From positions 153,698,001 to 153,762,000 of the forward strand of contig NC_042999.1 in the NCBI RefSeq assembly GCF_006345805.1: 64,000 bases of DNA, read 5' to 3'. Each line of letters opens with the position of its first letter. Position 1 is the first letter of the stretch. The notes under the pieces are model-generated. The model made no database searches. It saw only the letters and a list, made by a program, of their open reading frames with translations, and was not told the DNA's origin. Source of the DNA: Octopus sinensis. Lineage: Eukaryota. The position numbers and the translations under genes were made by a program. This document shows positions 50,268 through 64,000 of the stretch, in pieces.

Positions 50268-50749
50268 TATACATATTTTTTTAAACAAGAATATAATTGA
50301 CAGTGACTTCGAAGTTTTGGCTAGTTAAGCCATCATCGAAACTTCTAAGTTACTGTCAATACAATTTTTGTTAAAGAATAATAAATTTGTATTCTACAAA
50401 CGTATGGAGTAACCCATCAAATTAATGTAAAACTGTTTTTGTCAGAACTGGACATAAAAGCAAACATTAACATACACACACACACGCACACGCGCACACA
50501 ACACACACACGCACGCACGCACACACACACACACACACACTATACGTACACATATACTTATAGGCATATGTAGATGTACACACATAAACATAGATGTATA
50601 CAATTAAATGCAAACACACACACATTTATGATACAAGCTGAGCGTGTATATAATAAACATACATGTATGTGTATATAATACATATACATCTATGTGTGTA
50701 TATTATATAACTGTAAGCTTGCTTCAAATCTGCGGACGATATTATAGCA

Positions 50750-50940
50750 GTATGTATGGCTGCAAAATCGATAGCACACCGGACAAAATGCTTAGCAGGA
50801 TTTCGTCCGACTTTACGTTCGAAGTTTAAATTCTGCCGGAGTCGACTTTACTTTTTGTCCTTTCGGGGTCGATAAAACAAGTACCAGTCGACTAGCCCTC
50901 TCTATCCCTCTAGATTAGCGCCCTAAAGTAGAAGGGATAT
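50750..50940 (+). mobile_element. SINE family B
   Basis: aaatcgatagcacaccggacaaaatgcttagc...gagtcgactttac...tttcggggtcgataaa. Confidence 0.75.
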
Positions 50941-51164
50941 CATAGCAGTCTGCACTGCCATAATTACATCTTTGGCTGTAAACATTTTTGGGTTGTATGA
51001 AAAAGATTCATTCAATCCGTTGGACAACTTGATCTTTGTTCAATACGTCGCAGTCTGATTAAAAACTGAATTAAAGTGCTAATAAAAATGTTAGGATAGC
51101 GGGGATCGTATTAAATGCCTCTCCTGTAAAGTCCCAAGGCTTTTGGAATGCACATTGTATACTC

Positions 51165-51410
51165 TTTTTACTCTCTCTTTTACTCTTTTAGTTGTTTCAG
51201 TCATTTGACTGCGGCCATGCTGGAGCACCGCCTTTAGTCGAGCAACTCGACCCGGGACTATTCTTTTGTAAGCCCAGTACTTATTCTATCGGTCTCTTTT
51301 TGACGAACTGCTAAGTGACGGGGACGTAAACACACCCGCATTGGTGTCAAGCATGCTAGGGGAAAACAAACACAGACACCACAACACACACACACAACAC
51401 CACACACACA

Positions 51411-51449
<39 letters not shown>

Positions 51450-52893
51450 TTAGAGACAAAACCACTATTTTGCAAAACAAACAAGGAAAGACTTAATCAA
51501 TACATAAAATTTTAATAAAAAGTCAAAAAGACCGCCACTACAATTGTTTCTTGTCCTGATCGACAATATCGAGTTTAGTGAGTATGTATATGTATATGGT
51601 GTGTGTTTTACGTATGTATATTTGTGTGTGAATGTGTTTATGGGTTTGCTATATAGGTTTGGGGATGTATGTGTTTATTTGTCTGTGTGGGGTTGAGTGG
51701 GTTTTTGGAGTATATATTGAGGTTTATATGTATGTATATAGGTATGTGAGTGAGGTGGGTATTTGTATATGTCGTGGGTGTGTGGTTTACGTTGTGTGTA
51801 TTTGTGTGGTGAATGTTTAGGTTAGGGGGATTGCTATATAGGTATGTTATAGAGTTTAGTAAAGGGAGATTTTATCATTATATGTTTTTATGAGTTTTGG
51901 TTTGTCATGGTAGTTTTGTTAAGGAATTCGTAGTAATTTGTGTCTATTTACGATGTCTGTTGTTTTATTGCATTGTTTCATTCATAATTTTTAAGTAATG
52001 TTCGTTTACCAAGCGAATATAATTTTTATTTCATTTATTCCATTTCTCCATTCATATTTTTAAATGATGTCCGTTTCCAGAGCGGGAATGTGGGTTATGT
52101 GTGTGTGAGGGAGTATGAATAAGTATTGTGTTGAAGTATTTGGCTATTTTATTTATTTATCGTTGCCTAGACGTTTTTATGTGTATGTATAGGATATATA
52201 TATAGGTGTGTGATTTAGTGTATGTATTTAGATATGGTTATATATAATTGGTTATATGTGTATGGGTGTATATATAGTTTATTTTTTGTTTTGTTTTATA
52301 TTTTATATTTTATATTTTATATTTAATTGTTGATAGGTTTATTTTAGTTTATATATTGTTTATATATTGATTATATATGTATTATATATAGGTTATATAT
52401 AGATTATATATTTATATTTTTTCATTAATACTTTAATTATTTTAAAATTATTATTTTTATATTTTAAAATATTGATATTTTAGATTGGAAGTCCACCGAA
52501 GATTGTCGATCAGGACAAAAACAATTGTAGTGGCGGTTTTTTTTGACTTTTTATTAAAATTTTATGTATTGATTAAGTCTTTCCTTGTTTTGTTTTGCAA
52601 AATAGTGGTTTTGTCTCTAATAATATTATATATATTTTACTATAAAATTGGATTTAATCCTAAATCTGATTTTTTCCCTGTAAATTTGGATTTATTCCCT
52701 AATATTTATTATATATATAATATATATATACGACAGGTTTCTTTCAGTTTCCGTCTACCAAATCCACTCACAAGGCTTTGGTCGGCCCGGGGCTATAGCA
52801 GAAGACACTTGCCCAAGATGCCACGCAGTGGGACTGAACCCGGAACCATGTGGCTGGTTAGCAAGCTACTTACCACACAGCCACTCCTGCGCC
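51165..52893 (-). mobile_element. SINE family A split into tail (~51165-51400) and head (~52728-52893) by a ~1.2-kb insertion
   Basis: Both halves are on the - strand in the correct order, separated at the internal microsatellite. Confidence 0.75.
51440..52635 (+). mobile_element. PLE-like insertion with inverted ~125-bp ends carrying a hammerhead motif (52493-52533 +; partial 51535-51567 -)
   Basis: 51440-51566 is the reverse complement of ~52501-52635; CCAC-CGAAGA-TTGTC-GATCAG-GACAA-(G)AAA-CAATTG-T-A-GTGG. Confidence 0.7.
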
Positions 52894-53379
52894 TATATAT
52901 ATAAAAATTTGTTAACGTTACGTATTACGGTACTTTTGCGCATTCTATTAAACAAAATGAAATAAATATTGTAATGCAAACTTTCCTCAAAATAAATATA
53001 CTTTACTATCTTCAAACCATTGAGTACTTTAGTTCGTGAAATTCCTTGTCAGAAAGAGCTAGCAAATTCTAACACACATCTCTCTCTTTCACTTTCTCTC
53101 TCTCTCTCTCTTCCTCTCACTCTTTCTCTCTTTCTCTCTCTCCCTCCCCCTCTCTCTCCATACGCACACAAGTGTAAGTGGCGTGTATTTATATATTTGT
53201 ATAATATATATGTGTATCAAGATACATATCTATGATGTATTCATATACGGGTCCTAATATATATATATATATAGTAGATATATATAATATATATATATTA
53301 ATATTAGATATATATATATATAGAATATATACTATATATATATATATATATATACTATATATATATATATATTATATAT

Positions 53380-53418
<39 letters not shown>

Positions 53419-53453
53419 CATACATTATATCAGTGCATATGTTTTAGTGCGTT

Positions 53454-53540
<87 letters not shown>

Positions 53541-53926
53541 TGTATGTATGTATGTATGTATGTATGTAGTAATGTGTATGTGTGTGTAATGTGTATGTGT
53601 GCTATATCATCCACGAAACATACTCACACAAACATACATAAACACACACATATTAATTTTAGATTAGCGCAGATGCATAAAGAAACCATTATAAACACGC
53701 GCGCGTGTGTGTGCATCTGTGTTTGCATATTCCTATATTCATATTGAGCAAATGGGATTATCTTCTAATTTCAGTAATGACTGCAGAGATAATATATATA
53801 GAAAGAGAAACCATACTGATTACTTCGGAGACTCTCAAGACATTGCGATGTTTCACTCTGCCGATAAAATATAACAGTCTTCTACAGCTCTGACAAAATA
53901 CACCCACTACATGACACACTCTCCAT

Positions 53927-54003
<77 letters not shown>

Positions 54004-54010
54004 GACAGAT

Positions 54011-54044
<34 letters not shown>

Positions 54045-54119
54045 GATAGATAGATAGATGAGAGATACTAAGGAAGAGAACGGGGAGAGAGCAGAAGTGA
54101 GATAGATGATATATATATA

Positions 54120-54885
54120 GATATATAGAAATATTGAGTTTCTAATATCTCTCGTAGAGATGTGACGGTGGTGTAGCGATATCATGTTGTATACGAATCT
54201 AACAAGAACGTGACATAGGGGCACACCACCGTTATATGCCCTAGAGGCATCGAACGCCTCCAGACAGCTTCGACACATTTTATCCTGTCCTTATATACAT
54301 ACGAATGGGAGACAAACCCCCCAAACCGCCGGACTGCATCTAGGGACAACCGTGTTTCATCAGAGCCTTGTCCTTCATCGGCCTAGGTAGCATACACCGG
54401 TCACTGGCGATATCTGTCTCGACTTCGTATTCGTATAATCTATATCAGTGAAGTCTATTCGGCCTCTAGGGCTATATAACGGTGGTGTACCCCCTACTGT
54501 CACGTTCTTGTTAGATTGACAGTATACAACCTTATATGCTCCACCACCGTACACTCTCTACGAAGATTTTAGAAACTCAATATTTCTTATTTGATAATCA
54601 GTGAATAGACTTCACTGACTATAGATAATACGAATACAAGTCGAGACAGATATCGCAGCTGACCGGTGTCTGCTACCTAGGAGGCCGATGAGGACTGATC
54701 CTGAAACACGGTTGTCCCTAGATGCAGTTCCGCGGTTGGGGGTGTTTGTCTCCCCTTCTATGTGTATATAAGGACACATGATAAATGTGTCGAAGCTGTC
54801 AGAGGCGTTCGATGCCTCCTAGGGCTATATAACGGTGGTGTACCCCCTACTGTCACGTTCTTGTTAGATTGACAGATACAACCAT
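54120..54885. mobile_element. ~350-bp hammerhead-bearing monomer: inverted copy (54120-54460) plus ~1.2 tandem copies (54462-54885)
   Basis: ctagggctatataacggtgg at ~54467 and ~54820; motif CTAGG..-CCGATGA-GGA/TCCT-GAAA-CACGG-TT-GTCCCTAG at 54677-54721 (+) and 54340-54386 (-). Indel-rich. Confidence 0.7.
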
Positions 54886-55269
54886 TATATATATAATACA
54901 TACACACGTCCAGACCCCGCATACGGACTTATACTCTCTCATACACACACACACACACTTATACATACTAATACGTACTAATACATACTAATACATACTA
55001 ATACATACACCAACCCCATACATACGCACGTCCAGACCAATCCTACGCACTAATACTCTCTCATACACACACACACACACACACACACACCCTTATACAT
55101 ACTAATACATACAACCAACCCTATACAATACCACGTCAGACCCCTCCTACGCACTATTATCTGGTCCTTCAACCCTATTATCAACCCTATTATCAACCCT
55201 ATTATCAACCCTATTATCTCCCCTTATTTCCTCTCGCGTCTTATGTTTGATCTTTGACCCCTCTGGCCG

Positions 55270-55489
55270 AAATCAGATCGCCATGTTGATTCGTTAGCTA
55301 CTGCACGCATTTTTTTCTCTCCTCTTTCTTTCTTTGTTTTTTTTTCTATCTGTGTATCTTTCTGTTGAGAGCGTAGGCTCGAAACGTTAAAGACTTGTTT
55401 TATTTATATTTCCTGAGCGCCATACTAATACAATTGTTCGTTTGTTTCCACCTGCCTTCGTCTTTTGTCTATTTTCATAAAGCTTCCCG

Positions 55490-55490
<1 letters not shown>
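55270..55490 (+). mobile_element. Third copy of the ~200-nt minimal-hammerhead repeat (motif 55357-55393)
   Basis: TCTTT-CTGTTGA-GAGC-GTAG-GCTC-GAAA-CG-TT-AAAGA; followed by (TA)n. Confidence 0.65.
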
Positions 55491-55526
<36 letters not shown>

Positions 55527-55541
55527 TATATATATATATAT

Positions 55542-55597
<56 letters not shown>

Positions 55598-55762
55598 TCT
55601 ATATACAGCTGCTGCTAACTACCTAGAAACCCACAAGAATATAAAAAGAGAGACAGAGACAGACTGAAAAAAGGAAAATGTGCCTTGCATTTCAAAACTA
55701 TGGAAATATTTTATTTTTTATTAATGTTTACAACAATTTAATTTTTTTCATGCTTTACTCTA

Positions 55763-55796
55763 AGTTGAAAAAGTCGCAAAGGCCGAAACCGGTACT
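55763..55796 (+). ncRNA. U3:A8-variant minimal hammerhead-like motif, decayed
   Basis: AG-TTGAAAA-A-GTC-GCAAA-GGCC-GAAA-CCGG-T-A-CT; palindromic ACCGGT stem III, weak stem I. Confidence 0.35.
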
Positions 55797-55899
55797 AAAA
55801 TGTTCTTCATGATAAAATAATTTTAGCATTTTCTACCCTGTCTTATTTTGCTTATACAAAGCAACTCGTGTGTTCCTTTTCAACCTTCTACTCATATAT

Positions 55900-55965
<66 letters not shown>

Positions 55966-56737
55966 TATATATATGTATGTATGTATGTATTATGTATATG
56001 TATGTATAGATAAAACTTGGAGAAGGATGCGTGGCGTTCGATTATATAATAATATAAATAATATATAAATATATGCATTTATACATACATATACGTACAT
56101 ACCTACATATATATGTATATATACATGCATATATGGGTACAGGATAACAAAAACGCTGAACACAATGAGAAACGAAAACATAAAAACAAAAACATAGAAA
56201 ACGAACTTTTTTTCAGAACAACGAAAAGCAGAGAAATGAGACATGCAACATAAAGAATATTACCCTTCATCAGTTGTCCCTGTTTCATCTACTCTGCGGC
56301 ACGAAGGCAAGGACAATACGCGAATTCGTTGAAACAGTCCTTCCCGCAAAGCAAATTAGATCAAATTTGGGATTATTTGCGGAGGGTAAAAGTGGTAACA
56401 AGAACAGGACAGTGAGAACAAAACAGTAAAAACAAACGCTGAGGGCTGTTAAGCCAAGACGACAGAAAAATTATTATGAACGCTAGGAGGACGAGCTATG
56501 AGAGGACACAGGTATAAACACGTCTTATCTTTAGGAAGGAAATGGACAGAAAGATAGATCCCCTTTCGTCACGTGTCAGCGATGAGAGATTCAGGGAGGG
56601 AGAGTGAGGGAGAGGGGGAACGGTGAAGAGGAGAGAAGAATAGGGAAGAGTGGGAGAGAAAACCACAAAAGTGTGTATATGTATAGAGAGAGGGCATGAC
56701 AAACAGACAGCCAGACAGACAGACAGAAGACAGATAA

Positions 56738-56784
<47 letters not shown>

Positions 56785-56801
56785 TAGATAGATAGATAGA
56801 T

Positions 56802-56891
<90 letters not shown>

Positions 56892-57069
56892 CTATGTGTG
56901 TGCGTGTGTTTTATAAGTGCCAACGCTCGAAACATCACTCTTGCATCACTATGTAATTTCTTCCGATTATTAATAAACACGGAACACACACACACATATA
57001 TATACTCATGTATTGATTTCTATTTTCCTGCTTGTTTTACAAAACCTATTTAGATAGATAGATAGATAT

Positions 57070-57121
<52 letters not shown>

Positions 57122-57302
57122 GTAGACAGACATACATACATGCATATATACATACATGCAAACATACACACACACACCTACGTATGAAAATATGACTGGA
57201 TGTGTGTGTGTCTATGTATACATACAAGTATGGTAATGCAGAGAAAAAGAACGCTAAATATGGTTGTTGATATATGTATGTGTGTGTGTGTGTGGTGGTG
57301 TG

Positions 57303-57363
<61 letters not shown>

Positions 57364-57528
57364 CCGACAGCTTCAGTTATAACGTGAATGTTCTTCCGAA
57401 TTCTATTAAAAGAAGGAAGCAGGCACTGCAGTTTTGGCAGCATTCCTCAAAAGAAAAAACTTCGTTTCTTTGCCAGATCATTCAGTGCTTGGTTAATCTG
57501 TCATTTCCCATGTCAAACGAACGGGTAA

Positions 57529-57628
57529 NNNNNNNNNNNNNNNNNNNNNNNNNNNNNNNNNNNNNNNNNNNNNNNNNNNNNNNNNNNNNNNNNNNNNNNN
57601 NNNNNNNNNNNNNNNNNNNNNNNNNNNN
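57529..57628. other. Assembly gap (100 N)
   Basis: Run of N; a SINE A head fragment (57629-57682, -) is cut by it. Confidence 1.
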
Positions 57629-58074
57629 AACCCGGAACCATTGGTTGGTTAGCAAGCCTACTTACCACAGAGCCACTCCTGTATATTTTTTATATGATTA
57701 TATTGTTTTGAATAGATACTAGACAGAAGTGTGTTACCGTGCTTCCTAATTGAATAAAAACTCTTGTGTTGGACACGAAGATTATCTAACTAGCAGCAGC
57801 TACGTGCTGAATAGTGGGGATTGTTTAAAAAGCAAACCGAGACTCAGCATGGCACCTGAAACGAAATTATTAATGAAATCACATCTTGTCATATAACGGG
57901 GGTGTTGTTTATTTATTTATTTATTTTTTATTAGCTATTTTGTTATTTAATTATTTGTTTTATTTGTTTATTTATTCAGTTTATTTATTTCACTGGGATT
58001 TGTATTTTTAGATGATGATGAATGGATAACTTAATGGATATGCTATATATATAGAAATGAAGATGTATGGGAAG

Positions 58075-59620
58075 GGTATGGAAAGAAAGGCAGTAAGGAA
58101 GGAAGGAAGGAAGGAAGGAAGGAAGGAAAGAAGGGGGGGAAGGAAGGAAGCAAGGAAGCAAGGAAGGAAGCAAGGAAGGAAGCAAGGAAGGAAGCAAAGA
58201 AGCAAGGAAGGAAGCTAGGAAGGAAGGAAGGAAGGAAGGAAAGAAGGAAAGAAGGAGGGTAGGAAGCAAGCAAGGAAGGAAGCAAGGAAGGAAGGAAGGA
58301 AGGAAGAAAGCAAGCAAGTAAGGAAGGAAGCAAGGAAGCAAAGAAGCAAGGAAGGAAGGAAAGAAAGAAGGAAGGAAAGAAGGAAGCAAGCAAGCAAGCA
58401 AGGAAGGAAGCAAGGAAGGAAGGAAGGAAGAAGGAAGCAAGGAAGGAAGGAAGCAAGCAAGCAAGCAAGGGGAAAAGAAGGAAGGAAGGGAGCGAAGGAA
58501 AGAAGGAAGGAAGGAAGGAAAGAAAGAAGGAAAGAAAGAAGGAAGGAAGGAAGGAAGGAAGGAAGAAGGAAGGAAGGTAGGAAGGAAGCAAGCAAGCAAG
58601 GAAGCAAAGAAGCAAGGAAGGAAGGAAGGAAGGAAGGAAGGAAAGAAAGAAGGAAGGAAGCAAGGAAGGAAGGAAAGAAGGAGGGAAGGAAGCAAGCAAG
58701 GAAGGAAGCAAGTAAGGAAGGAAGGAAGCAAGCAAGGAAGGAAGGAAGGAAGGAAGAAAGAAAAGAAAGAAAGAAGAGGAAGGAAGGAAGGAAGGAAGGA
58801 AGGAAGAAAGGAAGAAGGAAGCAAGAAGGAAGGAAGAAGGAAGCAAGGAATAAGGAAGCAAGCAAGCAAGGAGAAAAGAAGGAAGGAAGGAAGCGAAGGA
58901 AGAAGAAGGAAAGAAATAAGAAGGAAGGAAGGAAGAAGCGAAGGAAAGAAGGAAGAAGGAAGGCGGAAGGAAGAAGAAGAAAGAAAAAGGAAGGAAGGAA
59001 GGAAGGAAGGAAGAGAAGAAGCAGGGAAGAAGCAAGCAAGCAAGCAAGGAGAAGGAAGGAGGAAGGAAGGAAGGAAGGAAGGAAGGAAGAAGGAAGGAGG
59101 CAAGAAGAAAGAAGAAGGAAGGAAGGAAGGAAAAAGAAAGAAGGAAAAGGAAGTAAGGAAGGAAGCAACAGCAGGCAAGGAGAAAGGAAGAAGCGAAGGA
59201 AAGAAGGAAGGAAGGAAGGAAGGAGAAAAGAAGGAGACAGGAAGGAAGGAAGGAAGGAAAGCAGGAAGGAAGGTAGGAAGCAGGAAGCAAGGAGAAAGGA
59301 AGGAAGGAAGGAAGGAAGGAAGGAAGGAAGGAAGAAGGAAAGCCAACAAGGAAGGAAAGAAAGAAGGAGGGAAGGAGAAAGGAAGGAGACAGGAAGGAAG
59401 GAAGGAAAGAAAGAAGGAAGAAAGGAAGAAGATAGGAGAACGAAGACGAGAAGAAGAAGAAGAATAAGAAGAAGAAAAGAAAAGAAGAAAAAAAGAAGAA
59501 GAAGAAGAAGAAGAAAGAAGAAGAAAAGAAGAAGAAGAAAGAAAGAAGAAGAGAAAAATAAAAAGAAGAAGAAGAAAAAAGAAGAAGAAGAAGAAGAAGA
59601 AGAAGAAGAAGAAGAAGAGA
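58075..59620. repeat. ~1.55-kb polypurine tract, (GGAA)n/(GGAAGCAA)n grading into (GAA)n
   Basis: Almost T-free on the + strand. Confidence 0.97.
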
Positions 59621-59758
59621 AGCTACAACAACAACAACAAAATATAAACAAGCGCAAATACCATGTACTACTATAACAACAACTGCAACATGACCTGCAA
59701 CAGCAACAACAACAGCAACGAGGGAGACAAGGGAAAACAGTAGCAACGACAACAATAA

Positions 59759-59935
<177 letters not shown>

Positions 59936-60467
59936 TAAACGATGATTTGCATATCTATTCTTAACTTCCCCTGGCGGATTCGGACGCAAAATAGCTGCAA
60001 TATTTTTCATAGAACAATTTCTTTTACGATGGCAATATATATATATATATAATATAAATACTGTTTTCTCATTTTATCGCGTAGTGTTTACGTAGGTTAT
60101 ATTTCTGGCATACATTTCCTTATTTAACTCTCTCTGGGGCTGAGTAATCTGCAAGATGGATTCTTCAAGCTGAGCCAGAAGGTAGATCAAGAATGTAACG
60201 GTTGGATGATATCCGTAGTCTCGGTCACGCATGGAAATCCGGCTAGAAAGTGTAATGAGGTTACTTCTGATAGGACCTTATGGAAGATGTGCTTGAAGAC
60301 TCTATCCCTACGAGGCTCTGGAGTGATGAAGGGCAAAGTAGACAATGGCGCGATTTTAATTCAGAACGTAAAAATCTCGGAAAAAATACTGCAACGGATT
60401 TTGTGCGACGCACCAGTGATTCTTTCAGTTCGTCGCTTTTTAATGAATCCCAGGAGTAGTGAGCAGA

Positions 60468-60700
60468 GTAGATTGATGGACGGATTATTGACGCGGTGAT
60501 CAGTGGGATGAAAGAGGAGAGGGAGGAGAGAGGGAAGAGGAGGAGGAGGAGGGGGATAAGAGGGAGTTGAGAGGGATGGGGACAGAATGAGAGAAACACT
60601 ACTACGTTTGATGTCAAAGAAGTCAGCATCGAATTAGCGACACCAAATGAGCGGCGCCAAAACGGCTGTACCAAAACGTCTCATATCCCTCACCAGAGCA
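60468..60700. repeat. ~230-bp segment duplicated at 63473-63698, with a diverged partial at ~62205-62320; possibly a DNA-transposon end
   Basis: gtagattgatgga.ggattattgacgcggtg...gcggcgccaaaacggctgtaccaaaacgtctc. Confidence 0.8.
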
Positions 60701-61459
60701 CTCTATTGTGAGCTTAACATAAACTTTGCAGAATGTTTATGTTACAGAAAGGCAATTGAAGTTTTACTTGGTATTTTGATATTTCGGGGTAAGGAGCTCT
60801 GCATCAAGGTAGTCAGAAAGTGATGAAAGTCCAGAAGTCCCATCTGCAATTGTAGTAATTCAACTATTGAGGGCTGAAATATTTCCTAGTCCATAACAGA
60901 AGGGTTCAACATTGGGATGTGATCCTAGCTATGTTAGGAATGCGCTTTCTTCTTGAGAAACCTTCGATGCAAATGATATCCAGTACTCCGAGCAATCGGA
61001 GCGGTTTGTATGGTGTGGTGTTGTTTTCTTGATATGAGTAATGCATGTTTTTTGCTTTTAAAAAGAAATAAGATTGTCAAGACTTCACTGAAGACGGTGC
61101 TCTCAAGATCTCCGTTCATGGGATCAATACAGGTTTGGCGTGTGGTATCTAGGGGGTCATGTGGTTGGTATCTAGGGTTCATGTAGGAAGAACAGGGAAG
61201 AATGAAGGATTGTGCCATTTGTATGAGAGGGAGTGTTGTTGCATATGGCGACAAATCGGTCATTAATGTACACGAGAAAGAGCGTAGAAGATAAAACGAA
61301 ACTCAGAAGAACACCAGATATAATGAGACAAATGGGCGCGGCTATGTGGGTGCTGATGATTTGGCGCGATTGACTAGACAATCAACCTGTTTCGGTAGAC
61401 ACTACTTCTTAGCACTGAAAGTAAACACATATGCACACACTCGATCAGAAATATACACA

Positions 61460-61886
<427 letters not shown>

Positions 61887-62623
61887 CAGATAGACAAGAT
61901 GAGAGAGAGAGGGGTGAAGGTAAGAGAGAGGCATTACAATTTATTATCTGAACAAGTCTGACTAAACATTTTCCCTTTCCGCATACGAACGAAGAGAAAT
62001 ATGATCATACACAAAAACAGAGAAGTGGGGGTGCAAATAAGGGTTGGGAAAGGGAGAGAGATAGGGATGGGGAGAAGGATGGGGAGAGGCATGGGGAGAG
62101 GCATAGGGAGAGGAATGTGGGTAGGGAGGGAAAAAGCAGAGGGGAAAAAGATGTGGAGGGGGAAAATGTGGAGGGGAAAAGATGGGGAGAGAGATTGGAG
62201 CAAAGATGGGGATAGAATGAGAGAAGCCTCGAAACGTTTGATGTCAAATAAGTCAGCGTCGAATTAACGACGCTAAATACGCGGCGCCAAATCGGCTGTG
62301 CCCAAACGGCTCATCTCACATCAGAGTTGATTGAACATGGGCGGGCGGGAAAGACTTCCTTCAAAAGCAAACCACGATGATAATTAAAAAGAGTAGTTTA
62401 TGGAATACTGGAAAAATACCCTTTGATCTGTTAGTTCGTTGATGATGTAGCTGTCCCCTAGCGTTTGCCTTGAGTTTAATTTCCCTGTTATAATCACGTT
62501 AAATGTCAATGTACGCATCATATTTATGTAAATAAATGAATAATGCATTCTATTGTATTATATAAATGGAATTATTAAAAGGATATCAAATGCGGATATA
62601 AATTTATATATATATATGTATAT

Positions 62624-62746
<123 letters not shown>

Positions 62747-62965
62747 ATATATGTATATATGTATATATGTATGTATGTATGTATGTATATATGTATGTAT
62801 GTATGTATGTAGGTAGGTAGGTAGGTATATATATATATATAAACAAAAGTTCTGATAGCTTCGAGGGATATGGTGAAAATCGTGATGATGGTGGTAGCGT
62901 CGACGTTGAAAATAATGATATTGTTCTTGTTGTTGACGGTGGTGGTGGTGTGGTGGTGGTGGTGG

Positions 62966-63001
<36 letters not shown>

Positions 63002-63265
63002 CGACAATGAAGGTTACGACGACGATGGCGATTGTGATGGTGGTAAGGAGAATGATGATGAAGATGGTGGTGATGATGATGATGATGATGATGATGACGA
63101 TGATGACGACAATGAAGGTTACGACGACGATGGCGATTGTGATGGTGGTAAGGAGAATGATGTTGAAGATGTTGATTAAAGAAATGGTTGCTGATGTCGA
63201 TGACTTAAATAGCTGATTTCAGAGGACCGCTATGAGATTATACATAGAGTTAACAGGCAACGGAG

Positions 63266-63320
<55 letters not shown>

Positions 63321-63335
63321 GTGTGTGTGTGTGTG

Positions 63336-63366
<31 letters not shown>

Positions 63367-63427
63367 AACAGAGAGAGAGAATGAGAAAATTTGTAGATTT
63401 CAGCGGTCCAGCACACACACACACACA

Positions 63428-63473
<46 letters not shown>

Positions 63474-64000
63474 TAGATTGATGGATGGATTATTGACGCG
63501 GTGATCAGTGGGATGAAAGAGGAGAGGGAGGAGAGAGGGGGAGGAGGAGGGGGGTAAGAGGGAGTTGAGAGGGATGGGGACAGAATGAGAGAAACACTAC
63601 TACGTTTGATGTCAAAGAAGTCAGCATCGAATTAGCGACACCAAATGAGCGGCGCCAAAACGGCTGTACCAAAACGTCTCACATCCCTCACCAGAGCATT
63701 CTACCTGTTATCAAGAATTCTGAGATAAAATCATAATGGTAGACCACTGCTGGATGTTATATCGTAATGGTGCAAATCACATTTGGAAGAGAAAAATCAT
63801 AATTTTCACATTTTTCATTGCGGGTATATATCTGCTATATAAATATGTGAGTACATATATACAAATCCATGCAATAAGACACAGAAAGAGAGTCATACAC
63901 CTATTCACCGACTCGAAATTCCACTTTGGAAAATTGCTTTATCCTGTAAATATACACAATCTGGATCGACTCTGAGTTCAAAATTATAATAATTAATACA

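Noticed and set aside
56250-56300. CTGATGA on the - strand as a hammerhead
   Set aside because: No GAAA follows the putative stem II and I could not build stems I or III.
60700-61320. Possible transposase remnant near the terminus-like repeats
   Set aside because: No recognisable catalytic motif in the frames I translated.
62040-62220. G-rich GGGGAGAGG repeats as a functional quadruplex
   Set aside because: Degenerate simple repeat; nothing beyond base composition supports a function.

Overview
AT-rich, microsatellite-dense eukaryotic DNA made almost entirely of transposable elements. The SINE and repeat landscape looks like an octopod cephalopod (Octopus); that assignment is inference from recalled repeat families. 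I found no supportable host gene, and most ORF-track entries are microsatellite artefacts. Main contents: (1) Three diverged Tx1-type (L1-group) LINEs lie head-to-tail at ~20.3-36.4 kb. Each ends in a (TCTA)n array and two also start in one, which suggests a (GATA)n-targeting lineage. A decayed Merlin transposon sits between copies 1 and 2. (2) About 15 type I hammerhead-ribozyme motifs, some intact and some variant or decayed, occur in about ten small repeat families. Several show the tandem-plus-inverted layout of Penelope-like element (PLE) termini, and two PLE GIY-YIG remnants are present. (3) Several tRNA-derived SINE families occur; in one, the tandem form ends in the same ~45-nt hairpin+AATAAA tail as the Tx1 LINEs. 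(4) There are also R4/Dong-like LINE ends in (TAA)n, Tc1/mariner remnants, a mariner MITE, Helentron-like elements, local duplications, a 1.5-kb polypurine tract and a 100-N gap. Everything was read by eye, so boundaries are approximate (tens of bases) except where motif coordinates are spelled out.
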